Source of the DNA: the human T2T-CHM13v2.0 reference genome, Homo sapiens
Strand: one strand, 5' to 3'
DNA: 64,000 bases
Assembly: GCF_009914755.1 (NCBI RefSeq)
Contig: NC_060926.1
A program made the position numbers and the translations under genes. This document shows positions 1-11,710 of the stretch, piece after piece; the first letter of the stretch is position 1, and every line of letters begins with the position of its first letter. The notes under the pieces were generated by a model, which did not search any database, was not told the DNA's origin, and saw nothing but the letters and a program-made list of their open reading frames with translations.

Positions 1-664
1 AAGAGTTGCTAAGCTAAATGGCTGGGGCAGAGGGGAGATAAATGGGCATCCCAGCTGGGTGGGAGAAGGCAGGGAAGCAGGTAAGAAGCGAACTCTTTCC
101 TAGTAGTATTACTCTCCAAAATTTCATTTCCACCAAAGGGCTTAGAGATGGTATAAACCTAGTCCAAATTATTCTCTTCTACTACATTAGACCATGCAGG
201 TATAAGAAGGGTAGAAGGCAAGTCAAGGAATGAGGGGCTGAGTTTACTCTGATTCTTTCTCAATCATAAACAATGCCAATCCCACTGATAATAAGTCAAC
301 CAGTAAAGCCCCGCAGTGTATTGTCAGCACAGCACGGGGAGACACGTGCTCTACTGTGCTTTCATGATCATCGAGTTCATTACCTGGGATGCAGTCACAG
401 AGATAGGCCTTTGGGAAGACTGAGAGCCCTCTCTTTCTCTATTCTTGTTATTGTGTTGGGTAACAATTCTCCTAGATGATCTGGAATTTTAAAACAGGCT
501 ACAATGAAGACAGAGTATATAAGGCTCCTTCCTTTACCCCATGCCTATAAATTTAAGATTTCTACCTCCAAAGCTAGGAAGGACAACGTTTGTCAAACAA
601 GCTATTTTTGGACAGTTTGTATCTAATCGTATTTACTCTTTCCATGGCTCTGTGACATCCATGT

Positions 665-790
665 CATCAACATCATCATCATTAACATACTTTTTAAGAG
701 AAGTTAGAAAAGTTAAATAGCCTCTGGTTGCATATCTAGCAAGTAATTAAGGAAGGTGTATTTGAACCATGGCCTCTGGTCCCTTGTTCT
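665..790 (-). mobile_element. MIR SINE fragment (degraded)
   Basis: MIR-core-like 'gaagttagaaaagttaaatagcct...ctagcaagtaat...atttgaacc'; boundaries approximate. Confidence 0.4.
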
Positions 791-1529
791 GAGCACCACC
801 ATGACTCCAGGCTGCTTCCAGAGGCATTTCCCGACCTGTCCGCCATTTTGTAACAGGCATCATGTCCTATCAGACTAAGCCTGGGATGTTTCTGCATTTT
901 AATCAAAGCAATTCCAAATCCTAGCTGGGGAAGGAGCATCTCTAGACATAGATGAGGCATTCCTATGTTTAGTTCATTGTGTCAGGCTTTTTCTGATTGC
1001 CTGGAATACAGCTGTGAACATGATGGAACACGTTCACAGGTGAGGAAGTGAGAAGAGGGAGTGTGGGGTACATCTCCCCCTAGATCACCACTCTATCCCT
1101 TTACTCACAGCCATGACTCTCAATAGCCGGCCCCTTACCCATGGCCACAGCCCTCAACATACCCACTGCCACCGTTAACCCTTTAGGTCAACGGGTGGTG
1201 AAGGTCTCTTGCAGCTGCTAGGCCCTGGGTTTTCCCCCCTCCCTTGTTGCCCCCATTACCCACCCCACTCTGTAGAGAGCCCCTTATTAAACTCTCTTCA
1301 GCTGCACCCACTGAGGGGCCCCTGATTCCTGATGGGATCCACTCACAACCTGGTTCCCGGAAAACACCCAGGAATGGCCAGCTCTGACCGTAGGCTCATG
1401 GGCCAGAGCTTCACTCCACACTGTACTGGTCCCAGGACTCTAAAAGGACAGATCCTGTAGTTTAAAACCTTCCCTTTTAATTGATATCTTTAGTTGACTA
1501 GTATTGATATTTTAGAGTGTAAATTATCT

Positions 1530-1665
1530 TTACACTGAAACATTAATAGTTTCTTCCTCGGTTCAGCAAGGATAATAACAGAACCCACCTTTGGGGTTGT
1601 TGTAGAGACTAAACAAATTAATGCACACATACATACAAAGAAAGTGCTCAACAAATCAGCTATTC
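1530..1665 (+). mobile_element. MIR SINE fragment
   Basis: 'agtttcttcctc...ggataataacagaacccacctttggggttgttgtagagactaaa...aaagtgctcaacaaat' resembles MIR core and 3' end. Confidence 0.55.
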
Positions 1666-3326
1666 CTGCTCCTATCATTTATTTTTGAAATGATTATTTT
1701 ATTGTGAGTTCTATTTCTTATATGGCACAGCTAAAACTTCAAAGAAAAATACCTGATGAATAAAATATGCTGCTAGAACTCCAGGAACTAGTATGTCGCT
1801 GGAGTACAGAAACCTATTTAATTGTGTTTAATACAACCTTTCCCAAACATTTTATGGATGCTATTAACATTTCCTGGAATCATTAACATTTTCTTGGAGC
1901 TAATGTTCTTCAGAAATAATTTGCAAAGGGTTGGTTTGTTTGATTGATAACTTTTGCTCCTTTTTGTCTACTCTTGCTAGGAAGTGGCATCCTGGGTGGT
2001 GGCTGGAAGAAAGGAGGGACCATCGGTGGTGGCTACTGTCCTGAGAGGGCAGCTCAACTGATGCCGGGGACCTGTGCACGGTGTGGGGCTCTGGACTTCC
2101 CCATGGTAGAGACGTGGGGTGTGGGGCTGCCTCCACCTCCTTCTCTAGGAGGTGGGTGGGAAAGGAGGGTTGGGACTGCCTTCCTTACAAGACAATTCTG
2201 TTAGATGACAGCTTGGCCTGCAGGAGGTTCATTGTGTAACAAAATCTGCAACCTACGGAATTGAAGAGGCAGCCCAGATGAGCGTGAAGAGGGTCCATGA
2301 GATGAGAGGCGGTGGCGGCGGGTGTGCAGGGAGCATTTGTGTGCACGCTCATTGCTATTGACTTCGATTTAGAGATGTATTTTTCAGCTTTCATTTTGAG
2401 CCCTATGTGACATTAATTCCTTCAGAATATCTTTCTTTTCAGCTGGGAATTCTGCTTTTCAAACATATATTTCAAAACAGGATTATTGTGGGAAGTCCAA
2501 TTTCATTGCATAGAGTTTGCGGAGTGAGTCTTTCCTGCACTCTGCCTTTATCCAGTTTATTACAGAAGAAAATCAATACTATACAATGGTCTTTAATACA
2601 ATATAGGAAAGGGCTCTTTTTTTTTTAATAAAATCTACTGAGACTGAAAACTGTATACATAATAAATAGGGTAGGTCATCAACCAGAATTGATCTCTCTT
2701 TTTGTAAGAGATTTTATTTGGTTTCTCAGGTTTTATTCATGAGGAGGACAAGCAGAAATGTGAGAAATCCAGAAATGCTTTGGTGTAGGGTGACATCCAC
2801 TTTCACTGGGAAGAATGCAGAGTGATGCCCACTTCTTCCCTGGAAGCCTCCGGGCCAGTCCTGCTGAGACCTGGGTCTTGTTTGGCTCAGGGCACACAGG
2901 CGCAGGGCTGTACAGTGCTGGATCCTAGCACTGTGGCCTGGAGTGTCACTGCACCGGTCCCAGCTACCACGGGGCAGCCTTACCACATCCAGACTTCCTG
3001 AAACACCTGCCTCTATGGGTGGGCTTGGAGGTTCTGATATACTACAAGCCTTTTCACATTCTTAAACAAAATACATTTATCCAACAAACATTTCTTGCCA
3101 ATCTGATTTTTTAAATGAGATGAAGATTTGGGATCTTGCTGTTTTAATTTGCATTTTCCAAATGACTAGTGAGGCTGAGAAGTTTTCACCTGATTATTGG
3201 CCATTTGTATTCTCCTGGGATCCCTTGTCCATTCTTTGAATGCATTCATCTGACTTTTTCTTATTATTTAAAATCTTTGAGGGAGCTACATTCCAGAGTA
3301 ACAGGAATTCAGCTTATGCTAGAGGA

Positions 3327-3810
3327 TGTAGTAGGTAGAATAACGGGCTCCAAAAAAATCCAGGCCTTACTCCCTCAAACCTGTGGATGTGTCAGGTTCC
3401 ATGGCAAAGAGGAGTGGAGGTTGCAGGTGCAGCTGAGGCTCTGACTCGGCTTACCTCACACAGGGAGATGCTCCTGAATTATCTCTGAATTATCTGGGTA
3501 GGTCTTGGTCGTCACAGGGGCCCTTATAAGTGGAAGAAAGCAGAAGGGAGATCTGGAGAGACGGCAGCATGAGAGGGCTCAGCCCAACACTACTGGATTT
3601 GACGACGGGGAACCTTCCACAGCCAAGGAATGTGGGCCCCTCTAGAAGCTGCAAAAGGCAAGGAAACAGGCTCTCCCCTGGAGCCACCAGGAGAAAATGC
3701 ACCCCTGTGAGACACATGTCAGACTTCTGACCCCTAGAACCATCAGATAATAAATCTGTGTTGTTTTTAAGTCACTACATTTGTGTCCATTGCAATGGAA
3801 AACTAATGGC
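3327..3810 (+). mobile_element. MaLR solo LTR (MLT1C/D-like)
   Basis: Starts 'tgtagtaggtagaataacggg'; contains 'agccaaggaatgtgggcccctctagaagctgcaaaaggcaaggaaacagg', 'gacttctgacccctagaac' and 'ataaatctgtgttgtttttaagtcact'. Confidence 0.8.
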
Positions 3811-3887
3811 AGAGAATCTTGTGAGAGCATTCATTTTCTCTAGACTTGTCTCCAACATCTCAGGGCTGCCTTACTGAAGGTTGTGCT

Positions 3888-4031
3888 CCTGAATACAGAC
3901 TGTGCGATGATTCCTGCATGATATTTTCCTGCACAACCTGGGCAATGACTCTTATGCAGCATATTCCTAAATACAGATTGTTCATGGCTATCGCATGATG
4001 TATTCCCAAATACAGACTATGCAATGACTGG
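3888..4031. repeat. Degenerate ~39-bp tandem repeat, ~3.7 copies
   Basis: Units begin cctgaatacagactgtgcgatga / cctgcacaacctgggcaatga / cctaaatacagattgttcatgg / cccaaatacagactatgcaatga. Confidence 0.55.
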
Positions 4032-4299
4032 CAGCTCCACCTTCCACACTTCTCAAGACAACCAAAGAGGTTCCCAACAAGACCCCAGTTTCCAAACACA
4101 AGCTACTGATCTGGTACCTTAGGATGCAGCGCTTACTCAGGAACTTGAAGACAGACAGGAGAATTTCATGGTTAAAGGAATGAAATCTAGTATTGGAACA
4201 CCAGGGCTGAAGTCCCAGCCATGTCGTTTATGGCCAGAGCAACTTAATTGACAAGTATAGAATAGTGAGTCGGATGATGACAGGCATTTGTCCTTTGTA

Positions 4300-4740
4300 A
4301 GTACTCACGCAACACGATAAAATTTGATCATATGCTGATTTACAAAACAGGATTCAAAACATTTCAAAAGGTTGAATATTTTCTCTGATCATATTAAGTG
4401 AGAAATAAGTAACAAAAGTAAAATAGCAAGAAAATCCTGAGTTGTTTCATAATTAAGCCAGTAACTTCTAAAGGATTCAAGTGTGAAAGAAGATTACAAG
4501 TGAAATTAGAAAACATTCCGAACTTTAAGAAATGAACAAGATCATATTAAAGTGTGTGAAATGCAGCTGAAAGTGCTTGAAAGAACACATATAACCTTAA
4601 ATGTTCATATTTTTTAAAAGGTAAGCTTCTATCTCAAGGTTCTAGAAAAACAGCAGCAAATTAAATCCAAAAATGTAGACTAAAGAAAACAATATGTAAG
4701 AATAGAAAGCAATGAAATTAGGATACTTTGAATATGTTAA
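4300..4740 (+). mobile_element. Old L1M ORF2 fragment
   Basis: A-rich L1 ORF2 remnants ('ttctctgatcat', 'gaaattagaaaacatt', 'ctagaaaaacagcagcaaattaaatccaaa'). Confidence 0.6.
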
Positions 4741-4920
4741 ATTTTCTGTTGGTTTATTATATTAATTTTTAAATTACTTTAAAAAGGAAAACTATAAAAT
4801 GACAGTAACATCTGTATCCAAAAGTGTGCACCTGAAGAATGTGTCCGGTCTCCTGGTCTACCACCACAGGAGGGTCCAGTGGCAACAAAATTGAGACAAT
4901 AACCTGATGAATTAGAGACA

Positions 4921-5146
4921 CAGGGTGAGCATTCCTAATCTGAAAATCTGAAATCCAAAATGCTTCAAGTTCAAACATGCTGCTCAAAGGAAATGCTCAT
5001 TGGAGCCTTTCAGATTTCATACTATTGGAACAGCGACACTCAACCATAAGTTCAGTATAATGCAAATATTTCAAAATCGGAAAAAACTTGAAATTCAAAA
5101 TACTTCCAGTCCCAAGCATTTCTGATAGTCCCAGATAGTCAGCCTG
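4921..5146. mobile_element. Tigger4a/MER46-type DNA transposon MITE
   Basis: Begins 'cagggtgagcattcctaatctgaaaatctgaaatccaaaatgct', contains 'ctcaaaggaaatgctcattggag', ends 'tagtcagcctg|ta' (TIR-like ends). Confidence 0.75.
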
Positions 5147-5587
5147 TAGTAGCAACAAAATTTCATTTTTTAGAGTGTTAATTTCTGACCACTTACCATG
5201 AAAATTTGAAAATAGATAAATAAAACAATGTTTTCTAAAGCAGGATAATTATATGAAGAAATATCCAAATGAGTTGCATATCTGACTTTGATTCTATTAA
5301 TTGAAATAAGAGAAATTTGAGGACACCAAAATACCAGTCAATGTATTCCTTACGTGATTTTAAAAAAAGCATTGTTTAGGTATTATTTTCACTTAATAAT
5401 CTGTCTGCTCAAGGTGTTCTGTCTCTGAATGTTCAGACAGGCAAGAAGGACAACATGGCAAAGCCCGTATGGCATAAACACAGTGACTTCCCTGCCACCA
5501 ACACGTAAGTTCCGCGGGCTGCTCCAAAAGAACAAGGCACTTTGAGTCTCTGTCCACTGGGGCAGACAACATGAACTGCTGCTCTTT

Positions 5588-5975
5588 ATGTCACAGGTTG
5601 GGTTGTTTCCCTGAATGCCCACCCAGAGGTAGAGATGTGCATGTAGGAAGTGGGTCCTCAGGATGAGTACCCAGATGGAGGGTGGGGGCAGGACTGGGTG
5701 GAGAGAGAAGCTGTGTGCAGTGCAGCAGCAGCAAAGGCCTCAGCCCATCCCACAGGCAACTCTGGAGCTGAGATGAATGTGCAGAGTCAGGGCGAGGAGG
5801 ATCAGCCTTCCCACCTCTGCACTGATCAGCTCTTGCATGCAGGCTTCCCCTGAGGAGGGGCTAGTGCTCTCTTCACCCAAGAGCTCAGCTGCGAGATGTC
5901 AGCCTTCAAATTCCCAGACATGAAGAGAAGGAAGTCCTGAAGAGGAAAGATTCTGGGCAGCACCCTGAAGTATCC
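5588..5975 (-). mobile_element. Old ERVL-class LTR (LTR33-like)
   Basis: 'ggcaggactgggtggagagagaagctg...aaggcctcagcccatcccacaggcaactctggagctgagatg' resembles recalled LTR33-family sequence. Confidence 0.45.
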
Positions 5976-6489
5976 ACTACACCTTAATCTGGAAAGGTTT
6001 CATGATGACACTCAATTCTAATTTCTGTGTCATCTTTGAGATACATAAATAAAATATATTTGTACTTGGAAAAATAAATATTGAACAAGAAACATATACC
6101 AGCTGTATCAATGTGGGCAAGTAACTTATCCTCTGTGTGCCTCTACCTTCTCATATACAAATGCAGACAAGACTACCTGCTTCCTAGTGTGGCTTTGAAA
6201 AATAAAATTAGCTATTGTTTGTGGAACTTTTTAAAACCTGCAATCTCTTGGTAGCTCTCTTTGCTATTTTCCTGGACCAACTGACATTCTCAAAAGACTG
6301 CTTCAAAATTACAAATGCTTGCCCTCACAAAATGTATGCACTATGTTATAAGCAAGAAAGACACTGAACTTGTACTACATTATTTATTATTCATCATGGT
6401 TAACTTCGTTGTTACCTCAGAAGAAAAAAGGATGTCCTTGAATGACAGTGTGAGCAGATCTCCTTAAGGGCTGCCACAGAACCTGCAAT

Positions 6490-7630
6490 AGAGCTCTGAC
6501 CCTGTCCCCATGCGTCCACAGGGATATCAGACACAAAGCAGGGCCCCCTTCCACAGAACCTGACCTGTCCCCATGCACCCACAGAAACATCAGACACAGA
6601 GCAGGGTCCTCATCCACAGAGCCTGACCTATCCTCATGTCTCCACGGGGACATCAGACACAGAGCAGGGACCCCATCCACAGAGCCTGACCTCTCACCAT
6701 ACGGCCACAGGGACAATGAACACGGAGCAGGGTCCCCATCCACAGAGCCTGACCTATCCTCATGTGTCCACAGAGACATCAGACACAGAGCAGGGACCCC
6801 ATCCACAGACCCAGACCTGTCCCCATGCATCCACAGTGACATCAGACACAGAGCAGGGTCCCCATCCACAGAATCTGACCTGTCCCCATGCATCCACAGT
6901 GACATCAGACACAGAAAAGGGTCCCTATTCATCCACAGTGACATCAGACACAGAACAGGGTCCCTATGCACAGACTTTGACCTGTCCCCATGCGTCCACA
7001 GTGACATCAGACACAGAACAGGGTCCCCATTCACAGAGCCTGACCTATCCTTATGTGTCCACAGGGACAACGAACACAGAGCAGGGTCCCCATCCACAGA
7101 ACCTGACCTGTCCGCAAGTGTCCACAGGGACAGCAGACACAGAGCAGGGACCCCATCCACAAAGCCTGACCTGTCCTTATGTGTCCGTAGGGATGGTGGG
7201 CACAGAGCAGGGACCCCATTCACAGAGCCTGACCTATCCCCATGCATCCACAGGGACAACAAACACAGAGCAGGGTCCCCATTCACAGAATCTGACCTGT
7301 CCCCATGCGTCCACAGAGCAGCCGCAGAGCAGTGTCCCCATCCACAGAGCCTGACCTGTCCCCATGCGTCCACAGAGAGAGCAGACACAGAGCAGGGTCC
7401 CCATCCACAGAGCCTGACCTGTCCTTATGTGTCCGTAGGGATGGTGGGCACAGAGCAGGGACCCCATTCACAGAGCCTGACCTATCCCCATGCATCCACA
7501 GGGACAACGAACACAGAGCAGGTCCCCATCCACAGAATCTGACCTGTCCCCATGCGTCCACAGGGACAGCAGACACAGAGCAGGGTCCCCATCCACAGAG
7601 CCTGACCTGTTCCTTGTGACCACAGGAACA
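6490..7630. repeat. 63-bp minisatellite (VNTR), ~18 units
   Basis: Consensus cctgacctgtccccatgcgtccacagggacagcagacacagagcagggtccccatccacagag; ORF track shows a 21-aa period. Confidence 0.95.
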
Positions 7631-9202
7631 ATGGCCGTGGCGGAGTGACCCCAGAGACATTGTGGCTGCACCTGCTCTTCATAAAGCCAACTTATTGCAG
7701 GTTTCTTAGATCTACATATGTCCCAAGCATTGTCAGAGACTAACTTTCCTAGAAGTACAGTTAACTTCCAAATGTATGTAGAGGTTGTCATGAATTAAGT
7801 GTAAATTCATTTTTTAATTTATAGCTGCTTTGTTTCTGTATAAAGTTTTTGAATGCAAATATGCTGAACGTACCACTGCTTATTATCTGTGATCCTGGGA
7901 AACTCGACACTGAGAAGGATTATTCCTTTGTAAAGTTCTGGAGTCAACAATACAGGGGAAACTGATGGACTCTGGAGTCAGGTGGACTTGGAAAAAAGTC
8001 CCATCTCTCCTCCACTTGCCGGCCTGTGGTCTTGGGCTGGCCGGTGCTCAGCTCTGAAGTTCTTTCATTCCACTGATGACACGAGGAGTGAGAACAGTTT
8101 CCATGGGGAGGAAATGATACCATTCCCATGGGTGTCCCAGGCACATGGCAGGGGCTCAACCACCATCTCACCAATGACTATGGTTGACATTCATACAACT
8201 CTTAAATTTATTGTGAATTTCTGAATTCCATTACACCGTCTCTGGAATTTCTGTCCACAGTAACATGGCCGGTTGGAAGTACCAGCATCTCAGGCTCAGC
8301 CACAGTCTTGGGGGAGGCCCACACTCAGCCTCCCCTCAAGCCCGGGGTATACTGGAGCCTCCCCAAGAGAAATTCCCTTGTTTTTGTCCCAGGACATAAA
8401 ACGTCCTTGACACTGCATATCCAAAGTGAGACAATAAAGTGAAACTCTCTTATTTATTTTTTTCTTCCTCTAGAAATTTTCCCTTTTAGTTGGATGGAAG
8501 GAGAGAAAGAGAGTGAAAAAGCTAGCAGGAAATATTTAAACATCAATTAAGTTTCACAGAGGACTTTCATTGCTGAGAGCTGCCCCAGGCCAAAGCTTAG
8601 AGCAAGTTAATTTCCGGGGATTTATGATGCTACATAAAACCTATAGTTGCACGTCATGGCTTAATAGATTAATTTTATTTCAAAAGGAGACTGTGCATAG
8701 CTGGGAGCTGAAGACTCACTCCCTGGTTTGCAGGGAGGTGGCAGCTTTCTCAGAGCCTGTCCACCATAGCTTTGTGTCGTCCATCTCTGCCAAACTAGGA
8801 AATGAAATCTGCCTCAAGAGAAAAGAGACAAAAATAGACTAATGATTATTTTTATCTTCCCATCCCCTATGTCACACTCTCGACCGCACTTTAATTGAAA
8901 GATTTTTCATGTCTCATATGTCTTAATACAAGAGTTAGGTTGACATACACATAATTTCCAAACCTGGGAGTTCAGTTCCAACATTTGGGTTTCAGTTGCA
9001 ATTTTTGAAGTTGCATGGCCATGGGAAATTCACTTAAATGTTCTGAGCTTTAGTTTCTTCCTCTGTATCAACCCTCCTCCCTGGTTTTGTTAGCACACTG
9101 ATGCCCACTAATTTTTCTTCGCTGAAACTGAGCAACACAAACGCAAAAAAATAAATACCCTGGGTGGTGACGAACCTCTGTGATGACTCCTATAATCTCT
9201 TT

Positions 9203-9277
9203 TTGACAGCTATGCCCTTGATAGACATGCCCTTGACAGCCATGACCTTGATATCCATACCCTTGATAGGCATACTC
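9203..9277. repeat. 15-bp tandem repeat x5
   Basis: ttgacagctatgccc ttgatagacatgccc ttgacagccatgacc ttgatatccataccc ttgataggcatactc. Confidence 0.85.
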
Positions 9278-9331
9278 TATCCTTGAATATAGGCTGGAAC
9301 TTGTGACCCACTTAAGCCACAGAAGAAGGTG

Positions 9332-9835
9332 GGTGTGCTAGTTTCCCAGGACTGCTGTCATAAGGTGTCACAAACTGAGTGGCTTAAAACAACAGAAATT
9401 TATTTTCAGGGTTCTGGAGTCCAGATGTCCATACAGGGCCATGCTCTCACTGCAGGCTGTAGGGAAGTATCCTTCTTTGCCCCTTCTAGTGGTTGCCAAC
9501 AATTATTGGTATTCCTGAGCTTGTAGACACATCAAAGCAGTTGTAGTTTTCAGAGCAGTTTTAAGTTCATAGCAAATTGAGCAGAAAGTACAAAGTTCAT
9601 AAGCCTCCTGCCCGCCACCCGCAACCCCCTCCCCCGCCACACACACACACAGCCTCCCCCACCACCATCATCCCATGGCATCCTCCCTTTGTGTCTGTGT
9701 CTTTGTCTGTATTACATTCTTCTCATAAGGACACAAGTCACATAAGGCCCATTATAATCAATTACATCTGAAAAGACTATTCCCAAATAGGATCACATTC
9801 ACGGATCCAGTAGACATAAATTTTGCGGGACATAT
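9332..9835 (-). mobile_element. MaLR LTR (MLT1B/C-like), interrupted by an L1 3' fragment at ~9540-9670
   Basis: 'ctagtttcccaggactgctgtcataagg...ggcttaaaacaacagaaatttatttt' and 'tctcataaggacacaagtcac...ttacatctgaaaagactattcccaaatagg'. Confidence 0.7.
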
Positions 9836-9839
9836 GCCT

Positions 9840-10250
9840 GGTTGGATGAGGCGTATTTCACAACGATTACTTTTCCCTCCCCCTGCCAGAAGCACAAGGA
9901 GATTTTTCTCTGACCTTCACTGTTAGAACCTAGTAGGGGGTCCTGGGGGTAAAACTCACAAAACCCCTATGACTGGGTCTCCTGCAGTTTTTAATTCGCA
10001 GATTTGTCCACAGGGAGCCTCAGCAATCTGTCAATTACAGTTCAGGTTTTCTTCATGAGTTTCTGCTCCAACAAGTTGTGACTCTTTGTATCCACCTGTC
10101 TCTCCAGTGTTTGAGGCAGCTGTTTTCCTGTGAGCCCAACTCTCTGAAGGATCTAAGAACAGTTGTTGATTTTCACTGTGTTCTACTTTTTACTTGTTAG
10201 GACAGAGGGATGACTTCAAGCTCCTTACATGAGGACTGGAAACTGGAAGT
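9840..10250 (-). mobile_element. Old L1M 5'-end fragment
   Basis: Ends 'ggactggaaactggaagt'; resembles L1MC/MD 5' UTR. Confidence 0.45.
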
Positions 10251-10293
10251 TTTTGGGAGTGTTTTAGGGTATATCTCTTTCAATAGCTTTTCT

Positions 10294-10470
10294 AATAGTT
10301 GCTCTGGGTATTTATATAGGAAGAATATATATATACGTATTCCTATATTTTTATATATATATGTATTCCTATATTTATGCATATATGGTATTTATATAGG
10401 AAGAAAATATAAATATGTGTGTGTATATATATATATATATTCTTCCTGTATAAATACCCAGAGCAACTAT

Positions 10471-10510
<40 letters not shown>

Positions 10511-10511
10511 A
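10294..10511. repeat. AT-rich inverted repeat (42-bp arms) plus perfect tttgaa(TA)15ttcaaa palindrome
   Basis: 10294-10335 is the reverse complement of 10430-10471 (41/42); 10470-10511 is a perfect palindrome. Confidence 0.9.
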
Positions 10512-11017
10512 ATCAAAATCCACTGGTATCAAAATTTCACCAGTACTGGTGAAGAATAGAAATGCTACCTCCCTTTGCACCCTTCCACTTAATATAATTG
10601 TTTTAAATATTTCCTCTATGTATATTGAGACCCATATAAGACAGTGTTATAATTTTGGCTTCAGCCATCAAACGTAATTTAGAAAATGCAATAGAAGCAG
10701 AAAAGCCTATTGCATTTTCCCATATTTTGCTCTCACCATGGTCCTGACACTCCAACATTCTTATTTTACTATTTCCTTCCTGTTTGAAGTGCTTCCTTTA
10801 GGTGATCTTTAAAATTAATTCTATTAATGACAAATTATTTTTGCTTTCTTCTAATTGAGAATGTCATTATTTCCCCTTCATTGCTGAGGATAGTTCCACT
10901 GGGTATAGAAATCACATGACAGTGTTTCTCCTCCAGCACTTGTTAGCTGTTGTGCCTTGTCTTTCTGTCCTCGTTAATTTCAGATAGATGTGCTCTGTCA
11001 TTCAAGTTGTTGTTCTT

Positions 11018-11332
11018 GGCCGGGCATGGTGGCTCACACCTGTAATCCCATCACTTTGGGAGGCCAAGGAGGGCAGATCATTTGAGGCCAGGAGTTCGAG
11101 ACCAGCCCGGCCAACATGGCGAAACCCTGTCTCTACTAAAAATACAAAAATTAGCCAGACATGGTGGCGGGTACCTGTAATCCCAGCTACTCAGGAGGCT
11201 GAGGCAGGAGAATGGCTTGAACCCAGCAGGCTGGAGGTTACAGTGAACCAAGATCATGCCACTGCACTCCAGCCTGGGCAACAGAACAAGATCCCATCTC
11301 AAAAAAAAATGAAATAATAAAATTTTAAAAAA
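11018..11332 (+). mobile_element. AluS element, full length
   Basis: ggccgggcatggtggctcac start, ctactaaaaatacaaaaattag linker, A-tail; TSD tgttgttctt (11008-11017 / 11333-11342). Confidence 0.95.
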
Positions 11333-11539
11333 TGTTGTTCTTCTCTGGGTAGAGCCTTGTTTCTCCCTGGCTGCTCTCAAGGCTCGTTCTTTGTCTTTAG
11401 TTTTTAGAAGTTTAATTATGATGTGTCTTGGTGTGAATTTCTTTGGAGTTATCCTTTTTGGGATTGTCTCCATTTCTTAGATCTGAAGATTAATGAGGGG
11501 GGTGGCCAAATTTGGGGAATTTTCAGCCATTATTTCTTT

Positions 11540-11710
11540 TGGGTTTTTTTTTCCTGTTTGCTTTTTCTGTTTTGTTTGTTTGTTTGTTTGGTTGGTTTTT
11601 GGGGTTTTTTTGTTTTTTTTTTTTTTGAGACAGAGTCTCACTCTGTCATCCAGGCTGGAGTGCAGTGGCATGATCTCGGCTCACTGCAGCCTCCCACTCC
11701 CAGGTTCCAG
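11540..11710 (-). mobile_element. 5'-truncated Alu (right-arm 3' part) with (GTTT)n tail
   Basis: 'gagacagagtctcactctgtcatccaggctggagtgcagtgg'; TSD cattatttcttt (11528-11539 / 11711-11722) followed by aa (TTT/AA EN site). Confidence 0.9.

Noticed and set aside
6417-7388. 323-aa and 212-aa ORFs as a repeat-protein gene
   Set aside because: By-product of a stop-poor 63-bp unit; frames shift at indel units, and no promoter or splice support is visible.
6490-7630. CRISPR-like array
   Set aside because: Head-to-tail units without unique spacers, no cas genes, primate context.
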